From contig OX597818.1 of assembly GCA_951406725.2 (NCBI GenBank), positions 135,966,001-136,030,000 of the forward strand: DNA of 64,000 nucleotides, given 5' to 3'. The first letter of the stretch is position 1, and every line of letters starts with the position of its first letter. Below are positions 38,611 through 52,436 of this stretch, one piece after another. Under the pieces are notes generated by a model. That model did no database searches. It was not told where the DNA came from and saw only the letters and a list, made by a program, of their open reading frames with translations. This DNA comes from Octopus vulgaris. Lineage: Eukaryota. The position numbers and the translations under genes are program-made.

Positions 38611-38897
38611 TCACAACTTATCGATAAAAACCATCATGTTACTGGTCCTGAAGATACATTTTCCAACTATTATGCAAAAATCACACCAACCATGAATCAC
38701 AGCCAAATTTCCTCAAACCACACCAAAAAAGGAAGAATGCATTAGACAATATAGCCCTAGACATATAAAAAAAGTGAGGTCACTGCTAGAATGCACTTGA
38801 TCATAGGCATGTTCAATAAGGGCTAACCTAAGGTTAAACAGCAACAACATTAATCAAGAGAATATGTAATATCTGTCTATCTCAGAGAAAGAGAAAC

Positions 38898-38935
<38 letters not shown>

Positions 38936-39026
38936 AGAGAGAATATAAAGTAGCTATGAAGATTCTATTGAATTTTAGTTCTCCCAAGATGAACAGATTA
39001 AAATGTAATTTTTTAGTAAGTTAAAG

Positions 39027-39067
<41 letters not shown>

Positions 39068-39647
39068 AAAAAATAGCTTACAGGATAGAATGATGGAATT
39101 CAAAATCGAAATCTACTAGAATTCAAGTGTATTCAAAATACAGAAATAAAGCTACATAAAACTTATATGCTCTTGACTAATGGGATTATAAACATTTCTG
39201 TATCTAAAAGAAATTGTATTGTTTGTGAGAAATTGTTATAATCATTATTCATTCATTTTTTACCTCTGTTTTTTCCCATACTAGCATGAGTTAGGTGAAT
39301 GATTTATTGAGGCATTATTTTACAGCTGGAAGACCGTCCCATTTTTTATAATTCTTATCTGCATTTCAAGAAAGTGGGTAAGCAATTTAATGATAACAAT
39401 GGTACCACTCACAGTCAGTGGCTTTCGTAGATTCCATATATAAATAAACACACACACACATGCAGATAAAACAAGCTTCCTTCAGTTTCCATCTATTAAA
39501 TCTATTTACAAAGCTTTGATTGACCTAGGACTATGCAGAGACTGAACCCAAAAATCATGGTAGTGGAAAGTGAACTTCTCTACCACAACCATTAGGAATT
39601 ATAATTTAAATATTATTAGTTTCAACAAATATCATTATTTTCAACAA

Positions 39648-39857
39648 AGCAAGCTTGCAGTATTGTTAGCACGCCAAGGATAATACTTTGTGACATTTCG
39701 TCTGTCTTTACAATCTCAGTTCAAAGTCTGTTGAAGTCAACTTTGCCTCTCATTCTTTTGGGATCAATAAAATAAGTACCAGTTGAGTACCAGAGTTGAT
39801 TTAATTGACTTAAACCCTCCTCCAAACCTGCTGGCCTTGGGCCAAAATTAGAAACCC
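39648..39857 (+). mobile_element. Diverged SINE family B variant
   Basis: GTTAGCACGCC..ATTTCGTCTG..GTCAACTTTGCCTCTCATTC..AAGTACCAGTT; flanked by repeated ATTTTCAACAAA. Confidence 0.78.
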
Positions 39858-40199
39858 ATATTTTCAACAAATGAATTTTGATTATTATTTCATTTTAGTG
39901 ACAATAAAACTAAGATTTAATAGAATAAATGCGAGTCCCAGTTTAATTTATAACACTTTCCAACTGAGCATTAAACATAGTTTTATTTGATGCTAAGAAC
40001 ATAATTTTTCTATAGAAATAAAATAAACATGAATTTGAATATTGATAAATTTATGTTAATTTTATTTGAATAGTGAAACACACTTAAAATCTTGAATTAT
40101 GTGTAAAGTCTTGCTACACATAATTGATAATGAACTGAATTTGTAAAATAATGAAACCCCAGGTAAGAATTTACACTGCTTTTGCACACACACAATCTT

Positions 40200-40230
<31 letters not shown>

Positions 40231-40271
40231 GTGTGTGTGTAGACATATATATATATATATATATGTTAAAA

Positions 40272-40336
<65 letters not shown>

Positions 40337-40340
<4 letters not shown>

Positions 40341-40516
40341 TCATCATCATCATCGTTTAACGTCCGTTTTCCGTGCTAGCACGGGTTGGACAGTTCGACC
40401 GGGGTCTGGGAAGCCAGGGCCTGCACCAGGCTCCAGTCTGATCTGGCAGAGTTTCTACAGCTGGATGCCCTTCCTAACGCCAACCACTGTGCCACCGGCA
40501 CAGAAGCCAGTCGGGC
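40337..40516 (-). mobile_element. Family D retroposon (internally deleted) between (TA)n tracts
   Basis: (CAT)n CGTTTAACGTCCG...GGATGCCCTTCCTAACGCCAACCAC then GTGCCACCGGCAC. Confidence 0.85.
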
Positions 40517-40963
40517 ATATATATATATATATATACATACATACACACACACACACTCAAATAGATTTGTTCATCCTCTTTTCTATACGGCTATCATGGA
40601 GGTGTTTGAGGCATTGTTTTACAGCTGGATGCTCATCCTGTCACTAATTATTACCTGTTTTACAAGAAAGGGATACCTTATTTTACATGCCTCCAAAGGT
40701 GCAAAGTGAGTGACTTCCAGAGTGCAAATGTACACTCAGGCATAGATGCACAAGTGTTACACCCCCCCACACCTTCACCACACACTCAGTATCCCCCACT
40801 CCATAGGTTTCTTTCAGTTTCTGCCAATGAAATTCATCTACAAGGCTTTGGTTGACCCGAGGCTATCGTAGAAGTGGGACTGAACCTGAAACCATGTGGT
40901 TAAGAAACAAACATTTTGACCTATATCTATCCATCTATCATCTGTCTATCTCAGAGAAAGAGA

Positions 40964-41026
<63 letters not shown>

Positions 41027-41092
41027 TATAAACTGAAAATTCATCCAAATGTTGTTCCATATTGTTTCACAGAAGTTGGGGAGGATAATCGA

Positions 41093-41333
41093 CATAAACA
41101 CACAAAGTTGCTATAGAACATTGTTCTTGGAGTACACACACACACACACACAAGCATCTAAGACTGTTTGTTTATATACATACACATATAAGTATGTATT
41201 CTGCGATGACATCTCTCAGAATACATACTTATATGTGTATGTATGTATGTATATAAACATAGTTTTAGATGCTTGTGTGTGTGTGTGTGTGTACTCCAAG
41301 AACAATGTTCTACAGCAACTTTGTGTGTTTATG
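41093..41333. repeat. Inverted duplication of ~110 bp of flank at the 5' junction of an RTE insertion
   Basis: 41093-41203 is mirrored by 41217-41333; the centre carries the reverse complement of the first ~19 nt of the RTE fragment. Confidence 0.88.
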
Positions 41334-41599
41334 AGAGATGTCATCGCAGAGTATACTCGCAGCAAGTATAGATGGGCTGGACACATCGCCCGGCACACCG
41401 ATAATCGGTGGACGCACGCAGTTGTCGATTGGTACCCGCGTGAGCGGAAAAGACCACCCGGAAGACCTCCACGACGGTGGAGTGACGATTTCAAGAGGAC
41501 GATTGGGATCACGTGGATGAGAAAGGCGCGATCCAGAGAGGAGTGACCAGCGGTGTCAAATGGACGCCTGACGGACTGGTCGGTCAAAGTGATCAAGTG
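41331..41599 (+). mobile_element. 5'-truncated RTE-1-like LINE 3' end
   Basis: KYRWAGHIARHTDNRWTHAVVDWYPRERKRPPGRPPRRWSDD is the RTE C-terminal signature; AAGTGAT-repeat tail; TSD ATAAGTATGTATT at 41188-41200 and 41600-41612. Confidence 0.9.
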
Positions 41600-42127
41600 A
41601 TAAGTATGTATTATTTGTATTTGTAAATATGTATGATGTGTACATGTATACATAGATACATTTGAAAGATTAGTGACATTAATTCATTGAGAAATAAGTG
41701 AAAAAACGATGTCAGTTCATGTGTGCATATATACAATAAAACTAGAGGGAAGTCAAGGCATAGACCAAATAATTTTAATACACACACATACACACATCTT
41801 CGGATGTGTATGTGTGTACAAGAGAGAAAGAGTGAGAAAGAGTACATAGATGAGAAAGCAGTACTCAATACATATACCATACTCTGTTCACAGCTGAATC
41901 TTTACTCCACCACTATTCAGAACTTCCAGCACAATATTATCGAATTAGTATTTCATTTACTGGTCCCAGAAGAAACAAAAGCTTTCAAACTTTCAAACTT
42001 TTGTACTTAACATATCAAGCAGCACTACAATTTATCGGAGAAGATAGCTCAAATATAAGTTCATTTATTTATGACTACAGTGTTTATTATTAGATAGAAC
42101 AGTAGTATCAAACATACATATATTATC

Positions 42128-42520
42128 GTGGAGGCGCAATGGCCCAGTGGTTAGGGCAGCAGACTTGCGGTCGTAGGATCGCGGTTTCGATTCCCAGACC
42201 GGGCGTTGTGAGTGTTTATTGAGCGAAAACACCTAAAAGCTCCATGAGGCTCCGGCAGGGGATGGTGGTGATCCCTGCTGTACTCTTTCACCACAACTTT
42301 CTCTCACTCTTACTTCCTGTTTCTGTTGCACCTGTATTTCAAAGGGCCGGCCTTGTCACTCTCTGTGTCACGCTGAATATCCCCGAGAACTACGTTAAGG
42401 GTACACGTGTCTGTGGAGTGCTCAGCCACTTACACGTTAATTTCACGAGCAGGCTGTTCCGTTGATCGGATCAACCGGAACCCTCGTCGTCGTAACCGAC
42501 GGAGTGCTTCCACTCCACCA
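42128..42520 (+). mobile_element. SINE family A
   Basis: Full-length; TSD ACATATATTATC. Confidence 0.93.
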
Positions 42521-42845
42521 CACATATATTATCATATTAGTTTCCTCTCAATCTTTAGCAAATCAAATAATAAAGATCAAGATACTCTCAATATTAGTGA
42601 TTATAAATTTATATCTGTTATAGAATTTAACTTACCGTTCATCAACTGATGGATGATGGTAACATTACACAAAAATATTAAAGCTAAACTCAATGTTCTA
42701 ACAGAATAATTTCAATAAGCTTTGGTTTTCTGATCAATAATCATAATTTTCCTCATTAATTTATCACGGTACTGAACTTAAAAATCTTAGAATCATTTTA
42801 ATAATCAAACAGTGTTTTGTTCAATTATTAAAGCTTTGAAACATT

Positions 42846-43250
42846 TCTCTTTTACTTGTTTCAGTCATTTGACTGCGGCCATGCTGGAGCACCACCTTTA
42901 GTCGAGCAAATCGACCCCGGGACTTATTCTTTGTAAGCCCAGTACTTATTCTATCGGTCTCTTTTGCCGAACCGCTAGGTGACGGGGACGTAAACACATC
43001 AGCATCGGTTGTCAAGGAATACTAGGGGGACAAACACAGACACACAAACATACATACACACACACACATATATATATATACATATATACGACAGGCTTCT
43101 TTCAATTTCCGTCTACCAAATCCACTCACAAGGCATTGGTCAGCCCGGGGCTATAGCAGAAGACACTTGCCCAAGGTGCCACGCAGTGGGACTGAACCCG
43201 GAACCATGTGGTTGGTTAGCAAGCTACTTACCACACAACCACTCCTGCGC
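42846..43250 (-). mobile_element. SINE family C
   Basis: Near full-length match. Confidence 0.92.
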
Positions 43251-44463
43251 TAGTTATGTTTTTTAATAACTGTAGATTTAAGTAGCTAAGAGTGAGTTTA
43301 GATCTCCATAGAATTCTTAAGTTCTGAAGTGAATAACGCTGAGTTCTGTTTTGCATTGTAACAAGCCATTTGGAAAAGTAATTCGTTATTATCTGTCTAA
43401 TCTAGATGGAGTTGTTAATTAGAAATGTTTGTCTGTCAGTGCTTATTCAAAACTTACATAATGACTCAATATATCAGACTAATCATCGAGAATTGAAACT
43501 TTAATCTTAACACCAAGGAAATGAGGACAAGATATATTTTATTTGAGTTTGTTAATAGATTTTCAAAAACATTCTAAAGTGTATATATTTATGGAAAATT
43601 GGTTAATTATTCAATAAATACTTTAAAAATGTTTTAAGTAAATAGCTAACTGTTTTGAGTTTCTGAAATTGTATTTGGACTAGAAAGGAAGTCAAAGATT
43701 AATACTTATAGACAAGGAATGGTTAAAGATTGGTTACTGTCTTCAACTCATGATTTACAGTTAAAATTCAGAATTCAAAGGAAAAGTAATGCCTTTTGAG
43801 CCTCAACTGAAATTTAACCTAGAGGAGTCCAATTCTACAAGCAATTAAAATGGTTGCTAACCCATATAAATTCTAATTTGAAAAAAAGCTACTCTCCAAA
43901 TGCAAGCACTAAAAAAAACATTACCCCATTATAAAAAAAAGCAACAAAAACAAAATTTAAAAACAACAGAAGTTTTAAATATTTAACTTTCAAAACAGCA
44001 ATGAAGAAAGTGTTCTTGTTGAGTAACAAAGGAATTTATTATATTAAATTGTCTATTTTTTCCTGTTCAACGTATTAAACAAGACTTACACTGATTATGC
44101 TAAATTTCCTTTTCTTCTGCTAGTGACTATCAACCCAATCTACCATTTTATAAGAAAACTTTAACCTTTCATACCACTTTTTTTTTGTCTTCACATAAAG
44201 TGCTATTTATTTGAAAGCGCATCCTTGATTTACTTTTCCTGATAACAACCATGTTACTTTACTCATCAATGGATTTCTAAGAACAATTCTTTTTAGTAAG
44301 ACTACACAACTCTGTTTGAACCCAGCTTTTACTGGGAATATGTCAAACTTAATCTCTTATTTAACTATAGCACTATTTATCTATTCACTCTACAATCAGA
44401 GCGCTTTTATGAAATTATAGAATTTGTCTAGATTATCCATAGAGGTAAACGATATCTTTTAAA

Positions 44464-44686
44464 AGGCGGCGAGCTGGCAGAAACGTTAGCATGCCGGGCG
44501 AAATGCGTAGCCGTATTTCGTCTGCCGTTACGTTCTGAGTTCAAATTCCGCCGAGGTCGACTTTACCTTTCATCCTTTCGGGGTCGATTAAATAAGTATC
44601 AGTTACGCACTGGGGTCGATGTAATCGACTTAATCCCTTTGTCTGTCCTCTCTGTGTTTAGCCCCTTGTGGGTAGTAAAGAAATAG
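44464..44686 (+). mobile_element. SINE family B
   Basis: Full-length; TSD GATATCTTTTAAA. Confidence 0.92.
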
Positions 44687-44890
44687 ATATCTTTTAAATC
44701 TTGAGGAGTTTCATGAAAACACAGTTATGCCTCATCATTCAATAATGTTTCAAATGATTGAATGATGTATTCAGAAAAAGGTCAACTACCAACAAATATA
44801 GCAGCCAATTACCCCTCAAATTATACCCTTCCATTGTAAAACACAAAGAGCACATTAGATAATGTAGTTTTAGTTATTTCTAAAAATAGT

Positions 44891-45000
44891 GGGTTCAGTC
44901 CCACTGCGTGGCATCTTGGGCAAGTGTCTTCTGCTATAGCCCCGGGCCGACCAATGCCTTGTGAGTGGATTTGGTAGACGGAAACTGAAAGAAGCCTGTC

Positions 45001-45039
<39 letters not shown>

Positions 45040-45106
45040 GTAGTGTGTGTGTTAAGTCTTTCCTTGTTTGTTTTACAAAATAGTGGTTTTGTCTCTAATA
45101 ATATTT

Positions 45107-45137
<31 letters not shown>

Positions 45138-45358
45138 ATGTGTTTGTGTTTGTCCCCCTAGCATTGCTTGACAACCGATGCTGGTGTGTTTACATCCCTG
45201 TCACCTAGCGGTTCGGCAAAAGAGACCGATAGAATAAGTACTGGGCTTACAAAGAATAAGTCCTGGGGTCGATTTGCTCGACTAAAGGCGGTGCTCCAGC
45301 ATGGCCGCAGTCAAATGACTGAAACAAGTAAAAGAGTAAAAGAGTAAAGAGTAAGAGT
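44891..45358 (+). mobile_element. SINE family C in two pieces separated by ~70 bp of other sequence
   Basis: Starts at the B box; extra sequence 45037-45108 lies within the microsatellite; 3' half complete. Confidence 0.85.
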
Positions 45359-46475
45359 AATCCCCTTTTTTCCTCTCACTTCTTCTGCAATCCTCAAATT
45401 TTCTTTCCTCATTCCTATAAGGTCTATCCAGACATTATAGGAGTGGTTCTGCAAAGTGTAATTATATTTGCTATCACAAGGTGTTTTTACCAAGTGGTAC
45501 ATGTACATTCAAAGTCATGAACACTATTATGATTTGTTGAATAAGTCAAGAGAATAGGAGCTTAGTACCTGACATCGCTAGAAATTTAATTGGACTCTAA
45601 TGTACAATTGGGTGGAGGAAAAATTATATACATTTCTTTTAACTAACAAACAGAACCCTTATTGCATTATCTTGCTTGGTTTCAGAATCATCATGTTATC
45701 TATATTCTTGAGTTTAACAATAGGGATTCTATCTGTTGTAGAATACTGCATTTATATTCAGCCTTTTTGTAATGAACCCATTCATTACATATATATTTAT
45801 CTTTGAAAATGTTAGGTCCAGTCTGGTAAACAGGCTCATGCTACTGCATACATCGATTAGAGATGAGCTAGAAAAGCATACGTTCTATGGATTTCCTTTT
45901 TGGTCTTACTCTGTGGTCTGTACTTCTATATAACTAGATGATGAAAGTCACAGGGTATACTGTGAACAATTTACAGACTTAGGTGAAAGCTTGGGGAAAT
46001 GATTCTAGTCAAAGCTTGGGAAATGATTCTAGTTTGGTAACAGATTATCTTGAAACTTCTTTGTATCAGTCCTAAATTTACCACCGGCAAAAAAAAATTT
46101 TTTAACTCTGAATTCAGAAGAACCAGCAGCAACCATTTCTCTCTCAATGTCTTTTCCTGATGGACTCAGTAATCAATCTTTTTTCTTGTGCCAAATTTTT
46201 GTATTTTCATATTCTTTTATTAAGGAGGCTGGTAAGCTTCCTTGCAAACTTGAACACTCAGGAGTTATTTCTTTTGTCTTAAATATAGAAAACTCTTGTT
46301 TTAATACCTGTGGTAATGCATGATTGAAACAAAAAACAAGAGTTGTACTGCTATATGCTAATTTAACATTGTTTTGATGTTTATTTCACTAAGGCAACCC
46401 AATGAACTCTGTAGTTCCAATGTAACAAAACTATTATTTGTTAACAGTGCTGGTTTCAGCAAATCCAAATACATA

Positions 46476-46721
46476 CACGTAAAAGCACCATCCGTTCGTG
46501 GCCGTTTGCCAGCTCTGTCTGGCACCTGTGCGGGTGGCACGTAAAAAGCACCCACTACACTCACGGAGTGGTTGGCGTTAGGAAGAGCATCCAGCCGTAG
46601 AAACACTGCCAGATCTGACTGGGCCTGATGCAGCCTTCTGGCCTCACAGACCCCAGTTGAACCGTCCAACCCATGCTAGCATGGAAAACGGACGCTAAAT
46701 GATGATGATGATGATGATGAT
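46476..46721 (+). mobile_element. Family D retroposon
   Basis: Same body and (GAT)n tail. Confidence 0.88.
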
Positions 46722-47141
46722 ACACATAAGTGTTTTTATCCTATCAGATGAAAAGAAGCTTCCAAATGGTGAACTTTTCATCTCCCTATGACATAAAAAC
46801 TTATCCAAAGATGTGAACTTCACTGTATAATTTTTGCTAATACAGACTACATCAGTTTCCATGGACTCTATTTTTATATAGCATAAATCTGCTTCCCCCA
46901 TTACTGTATCCCATTCAACTGAAGAGAGTTTTTATCTTGCATGGTGACCTCAGTACAGTCTGTAAAATGGTTGACATTAGGAAGGGCTGCCAGCCATAGA
47001 AATCATTCCAAAGCAAACACAGGAGCATGATGCAGTTTTCAAATCCACTGGATCTAGTCAAACAGTCCAACCCATTCTAGCATGGAACACAGATGTTAAA
47101 TGATGATGATGGTGATATATTATAAAAGCTTGCTCATTATA

Positions 47142-47533
47142 GATGGATGGAAGCACTCCGGCGGTAACGACGATGAGGGTTCCGGTTGATCCGAATCAAC
47201 GGAACAGCCTGCTTGTGAAATTAACGTGTAAGTGGCTGAGCACTCCACAGACACGTGCACCCTTAACGTAGTTCTCGGGGATATTCAGCGTGACACAGAG
47301 AGTGACAAGGCCGGCCCTTTGAAATACAGGTGCAACAGAAACAGGAAGTAAGAGTGAGAGAAAGTTGTGGTGAAAGAGTACAGCAGGGATCACCACCATC
47401 CCCTGCCGGAGCCTCGTGGAGCTTTTAGGTGTTTTCGCTCAATAAACACTCACAACGCCCGGTCTGGGAATCGAAACCGCGATCCTATGACCGCGAGTCC
47501 GCTGCCCTAACCACTGGGCCATTGCGCCTCCAC
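47142..47533 (-). mobile_element. SINE family A
   Basis: Full-length; TSD CTTGCTCATTATA. Confidence 0.93.
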
Positions 47534-48228
47534 TACTTGCTCATTATATTACTAGTGTTACGAAAATGGTAAGTCTATTCCTCTTAAAGTTTATTCAGTA
47601 TCTAATCATTTTCCTGTAGCATTTATTGCCTTACATTAAAAATCCCTTGTCTGAACATGTCCCACCCACTTCTATATCTACACACACACACATGCATATA
47701 TGAGGAAATTATCAACCACACCTCTTTCAAATCTCAGCAAACTAATAAATCTAACCTTTTCTCTTCAAATGACATTAGCAACAATGCTGTTAATATTTCA
47801 GTAACCATTTTGTAGTATTTAATTATGTCCTCTCACATTCAGAGTTCAAATCCCACTAAAATTGACTTTGCCTTTTATTTCACAAAAAAGAAAAAAGAAA
47901 AAAAATTCCTGTGATGCCTGGAATTTATTAAAATGACTATACTCTGGGATCACCCCACTCGCTAGATAATATGTATTTAGTCTTGTGCAGAAGTTAAAAT
48001 TCATTAGTATATTTCCTAAAGGCAGAATCGGTAGAGCGGGTATCAAAATGCCTGACACAACCCTTCATATCTTGAGCTAAATCCTGCCATGGTTGACTTT
48101 ACTTTTCAGTCTCTCATAGTAGAACAATTATCAAGTACACAAGTCAATTTATATGACTTACGCTCTCTCCACACAAATGAGTGTCTTGTGTTAATATCAG
48201 AAAGGGTTATTATTTTATTATCATCAAT

Positions 48229-48648
48229 AGGCGCAGGAGTGGCTGTGTGGTAAGTAGCTTGCTAACCAACCACATGGTTCCAGGTTCAGTCCCACTGCGT
48301 GGCATCTTGGGCGAGTGTCTTCTGCTATAGCCCCGGGCCGACCAATGCCTTGTGAGTGGATTTGGTAGACGGAAACTGAAAGAAGCCCATCGTATATATG
48401 TATGTATATATAAGTGTGTGTGTGTATATGTTTGTGTGTCTGTGTTTGTCCCCCTAGCATTGCTTGACAACCGATGCTGGTGTGTTTACGTCCCCGTCAC
48501 TTAGCGGTTCGGCAAAAGAGACCGATAGAATAAGTACTGGGCTTACAAAGAATAAGTCCCGGTGTCGATTTGCTCGACTAAAGGCGGTGCTCCAGCATGG
48601 CCGCAGTCAAATGACTGAAACAAGTAAAAGAGTAAAGAGAGTAAGAGA
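48229..48648 (+). mobile_element. SINE family C, full-length
   Basis: Complete head to tail. Confidence 0.93.
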
Positions 48649-49036
48649 ATATATCTCTCCATTACTTTCTTTAGCCAGGATAGGCAAACAGTGTGTCTCT
48701 CCGGTGGCTAAACAACTGAAGACAGACACTTTCCTTTTTATCTAAGAGCTCATTAATTTCTTCAACTCTACCTGGAAAAGGAGAAGATAGGGCAATACTG
48801 CCCATCAGTGAATTTGCTGAAAGGTGGGTAAGCATAATGAAAATGGTCCTTGTAAATGAGCCTGCCCTCAACATGCACCTGTAAATCAGAGAACACAGCT
48901 TAATGCTCTTGGCATTAAGGATAAACTAGGAATTATTGAGTTGACCTCTGTGCCTGGGACATTTCATTTCATTTATTTCTATACCGTTGTTTTCCAACTT
49001 ACCATCTAATGGGGTTGAGAAATATTGTCTCCTGGG

Positions 49037-49342
49037 AAAAAAGCACCATCCGAATCGTGGCCGAAGCCAGTGCCGCCTCGACTGGCTTCCGTGCCGGTGG
49101 CACGTAAAATGCACCAATCCGACCGTGGCCGATGCCAACCTCGCCTGGCACCAGTGCAGGTGGCACGTAAAAAGCACCCACTACACTCACGGAGTGGTTG
49201 GCGTTAGGAAGGGCATCCAGCTGTAGAAACATTGCCAGATCAGACTGGAGCCTGCTGCAGCCTCCTGGCTTCCCAGACCCCGGTCGAACCGTCCAACCCA
49301 TGCTAGCATGGAGAACGGACGTTAAACGATGATGATGATGAT
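49037..49342 (+). mobile_element. Family D retroposon
   Basis: Two or more tandem units, body and (GAT)n tail. Confidence 0.88.
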
Positions 49343-49451
49343 TAGGAAACATGTTTTTTTTTTGTTCAATAGTGTGTTTGGCTAGTTTGCCTCAATTTCT
49401 GTATATGAGGACCAACATGCTCATATTATAATCATGTTATTTTCTTATTTT

Positions 49452-49699
49452 GACATAAAAAACACCATCCGAGCGTGGCCGTCTGCCAGCCTCGTCTGGC
49501 ACCTGTGTCGGTGGCACATAAAATCACCCACTACACTCTCGGAGTGGTTGGCGTTAGGAAGGGCATCCAGCTGTAGAAACACTGCCAGATCTGACTGGCC
49601 TGGTGCAGCCTTCGGGCTTGCCAGACCCCAGTTGAACCGTCCAACCCATGCTAGCATGGAAAGCGGACGTTAAACGATGATGATGATGATGATGATGAT
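49452..49699 (+). mobile_element. Family D retroposon
   Basis: One or more units, body and (GAT)n tail. Confidence 0.88.
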
Positions 49700-51416
49700 C
49701 TTAACAAACAGAGAATATTTTTAATATTAAAGACTTGTAGATGGAGCATAATTTATTGACCAGTTTCTCCCCTGAAGTAGAGGTAGGCTGGATTGTAGTC
49801 ACACTTCTATACAAGAGGGAGGACAAGATACAATTGATCGAAATTACAAGAGACGGGCTAACAATTCCAGTCTGTTATATATTTTGAGTATTGTTTTAAG
49901 ACAGAGGTATAAAAATTAGCTTGTGAAATCTATAGGAGTTAACAGCATACAATTTGCATTATGATGGTGAATGACTAATTTGTTGAATTCTGATTAGATT
50001 AGTCTGTACATTGGTGTATTAATATTATTAGCAATAAGATTTGCTGTTTAGAAATTAATCATCCGGTGCAGAACATAAAACCTAACGAAAATGTTTTTGC
50101 TTAAATTCCTTGTATAAACTGACTTTTCATATGTCAGAGAAAGAATGGTGAGGAGTGAGGCAACAAACTCTGTCTTTCAGGGAGACTGTAATTGATAAAT
50201 TTTGATAAAATGTAATGTAGGAAAATAAACCTTTTAAAGAAGTTCTTACAACGTAAAAGGGAGTTTTTACGAGAGAAAACGTGAAAGAGGAAGAGAAATT
50301 AGGCGAATGACTGTATGCAGCAGCAGCAACAATAACGGTTGCAGGTGGTATCTATCCACAGCTACAGGTCTTGGAGAGGGAACATGGAATCTTATGGAAT
50401 CTGAAACTGGATAATAGCTTTGACAAATAAAAATAAAGAAACAAGAACAGCCTAGAAACAGTTAACAAAAATAATAAAGAAATCCGAACGAAATGAATGC
50501 AGTGTAAAATAATATGGTAATGTGAATGGAGGAGGGAGTAGGTTGTAGTATCGCGATTTGACTACTACACCTCTACGACGGCAGCTGGGTAAAACGGTTG
50601 TGATGTGAATGTAGAGAAATAGGGAGAATAAAGAAGATTAGTGAATGATAATAATAGGAGTGACTGATGACTGATGTAATTGAAGAATTCGTATAGTGAA
50701 AAGGGAGTGGAACAGAAAGTGTGCTGCAGTCTTTACAAATGTCGACAACATTTATTGATGAAGATGATGGTGGTGGTGACGATAGTGATGACCATGCAGG
50801 CAAAGAACCATGCTTTCAATGGAATTTTCGGTAGGTTCTTATCGACAAGCCCGTATGAATCATTTTTATCGAACAGCTTCCATCGTCACTATCGTTATTT
50901 TTTATTATGAATAAGACACAAGCTGCAGGAAGGAGATATTAATATCTCGTTTCATTTTCATGCTTTGCAACCAATGCGATCAAAACTACGAAACGGCAAT
51001 GGTAATGGTACTAATAGTAATAGTAGCAGTAGTAAAGTTATCGCGAAAGGCATTGTGATACAGGTTGGCTGCTTCTATCCCTGTTACACAAAATTATATC
51101 ATGAATACTGTTAATGTTGGTAATACCCACCTCCACCCGTAATATATATTGTAAGATGTGTGAGGAGAAATAACTGACACTTTGATGGAGAATAAAATAA
51201 AAACCACATTTATTACATCACTGAATAAAAGAATATCTAACAAAGCGAGTAACTTTGATGGTTGTTTGAAGATATAGTTTATACCCGAGTAATAGGTACC
51301 CGAGTAATATGATAGCTTACTGCTAGTCTTGGAGAATTTTTGGAGAATTTTAAGTCACACACATAGAGCAGACATCTAAGGTGTTCTAATGTTTAATTTT
51401 TGTTCTTCTCTTGACA

Positions 51417-51811
51417 TCTTTATATATAAAAGTAAGGTGTGTCCGTCTCCTACGATTTAGATTCCTAACTACTCCCACATTTTGCGTTGCAGTTTAACCA
51501 AAACCGGGTATCTTATAGTCGTGATTCATATCAAGCCCTTCTGGGTATTAGCGCGCGTCTACGATGAGTCTACAATTTTAAAAATAATTTACCATCATTT
51601 TTTTCCATTTTAATGCATTTTTTCCGCTATTATATAAGGGAAGTAACTCTCTAAAAATGTCTACGATGAGTCAACGATTTAAAAAAAAATTACCATCATT
51701 TTTTTTCTATTTTTAATGCATTTTTTTGCTATTTTTTTGGCTATAACTCTCTAAAAATGGTTATATAGTTATTTCCCTTACAAACCGAGCAACGCCGGGC
51801 GATACTGCTTG
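51417..51811 (+). mobile_element. Non-autonomous Helitron (same family as 18107-18503)
   Basis: A|TCTTTATATATAAAAG ... CCGAGCAACGCCGGGCGATACTGCTTG|T. Confidence 0.9.
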
Positions 51812-51924
51812 TATAATATACATTAATAACATATTTCATAATTTGTCTTGAATTGTAAGAAAACGGTATCCAAGGTTAGAATAACCATCACACGAAGGAA
51901 AAAAAAAACCGTTTCACGTGGTAA

Positions 51925-52083
51925 ACACACACACACGTACACACACACACACGTACACACACACACACGTACACACACACACACGTACACACACACACAC
52001 GTACACACACATACGTACACACACACACACACACGTACACACACATACGTACACACACACACACACACGTACACACACACACA
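51925..52083. repeat. (CA)n with periodic CGTA interruptions
   Basis: Direct reading. Confidence 0.95.
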
Positions 52084-52252
52084 TATCGACCAAAGTATAA
52101 AATTAAAAACGATTCACATCATTAGACAATATCTTTCAGTGTGGATGTTTGTTATATTATCAAAAATAGTCCAAGTGGGAAATGGAAATAACAAGAACGC
52201 GACTGGAAGGGAATTTTCTTAAGGAAGGCGAAACATATTTAATAATTATTAT

Positions 52253-52436
52253 TGGCGGGTAGAATCGTTAGAGCATCGGGACATTTGAGTTCGAATCCCA
52301 CCCGAAGCTAAATTTGCCTCTCATATCCTTTCGGGCTCAATAAGATAAAGAACCAGTCAAGTACTTGGAAGGATAGATATAATCAACTAATCCCGCTCTC
52401 TATATTTCTGGGCCTTGTGCCCCATGCTAGAAAATT
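52253..52436 (+). mobile_element. Highly diverged SINE B-related copy (others near 57085-57270, 57440-57560, 57655-57846, 63485-63600)
   Basis: GGTAGAATCGTTAGAGCATCGG, GAGTTCGAATCC and TTTGCCT..CCTTTCGGG..ACCAGTCAAGTACT motifs. Confidence 0.7.

Noticed and set aside
48671-48885. Minus-strand acceptor-like CTTCTCCTTTTCCAG followed by GRVEEINELLDKK...
   Set aside because: Short frame ending in a stop, with no donor or recognisable host domain; may be a decayed LINE endonuclease fragment. Too weak to call.
49090-49180. Resemblance of CGTGC-CGGTG-GCACG-TAAAA to the 5' half of a pistol ribozyme
   Set aside because: The loop's complement follows the A-linker immediately, leaving no room for P2, and no P3/cleavage-site arrangement is evident. 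Kept only as a possible simple pseudoknot.
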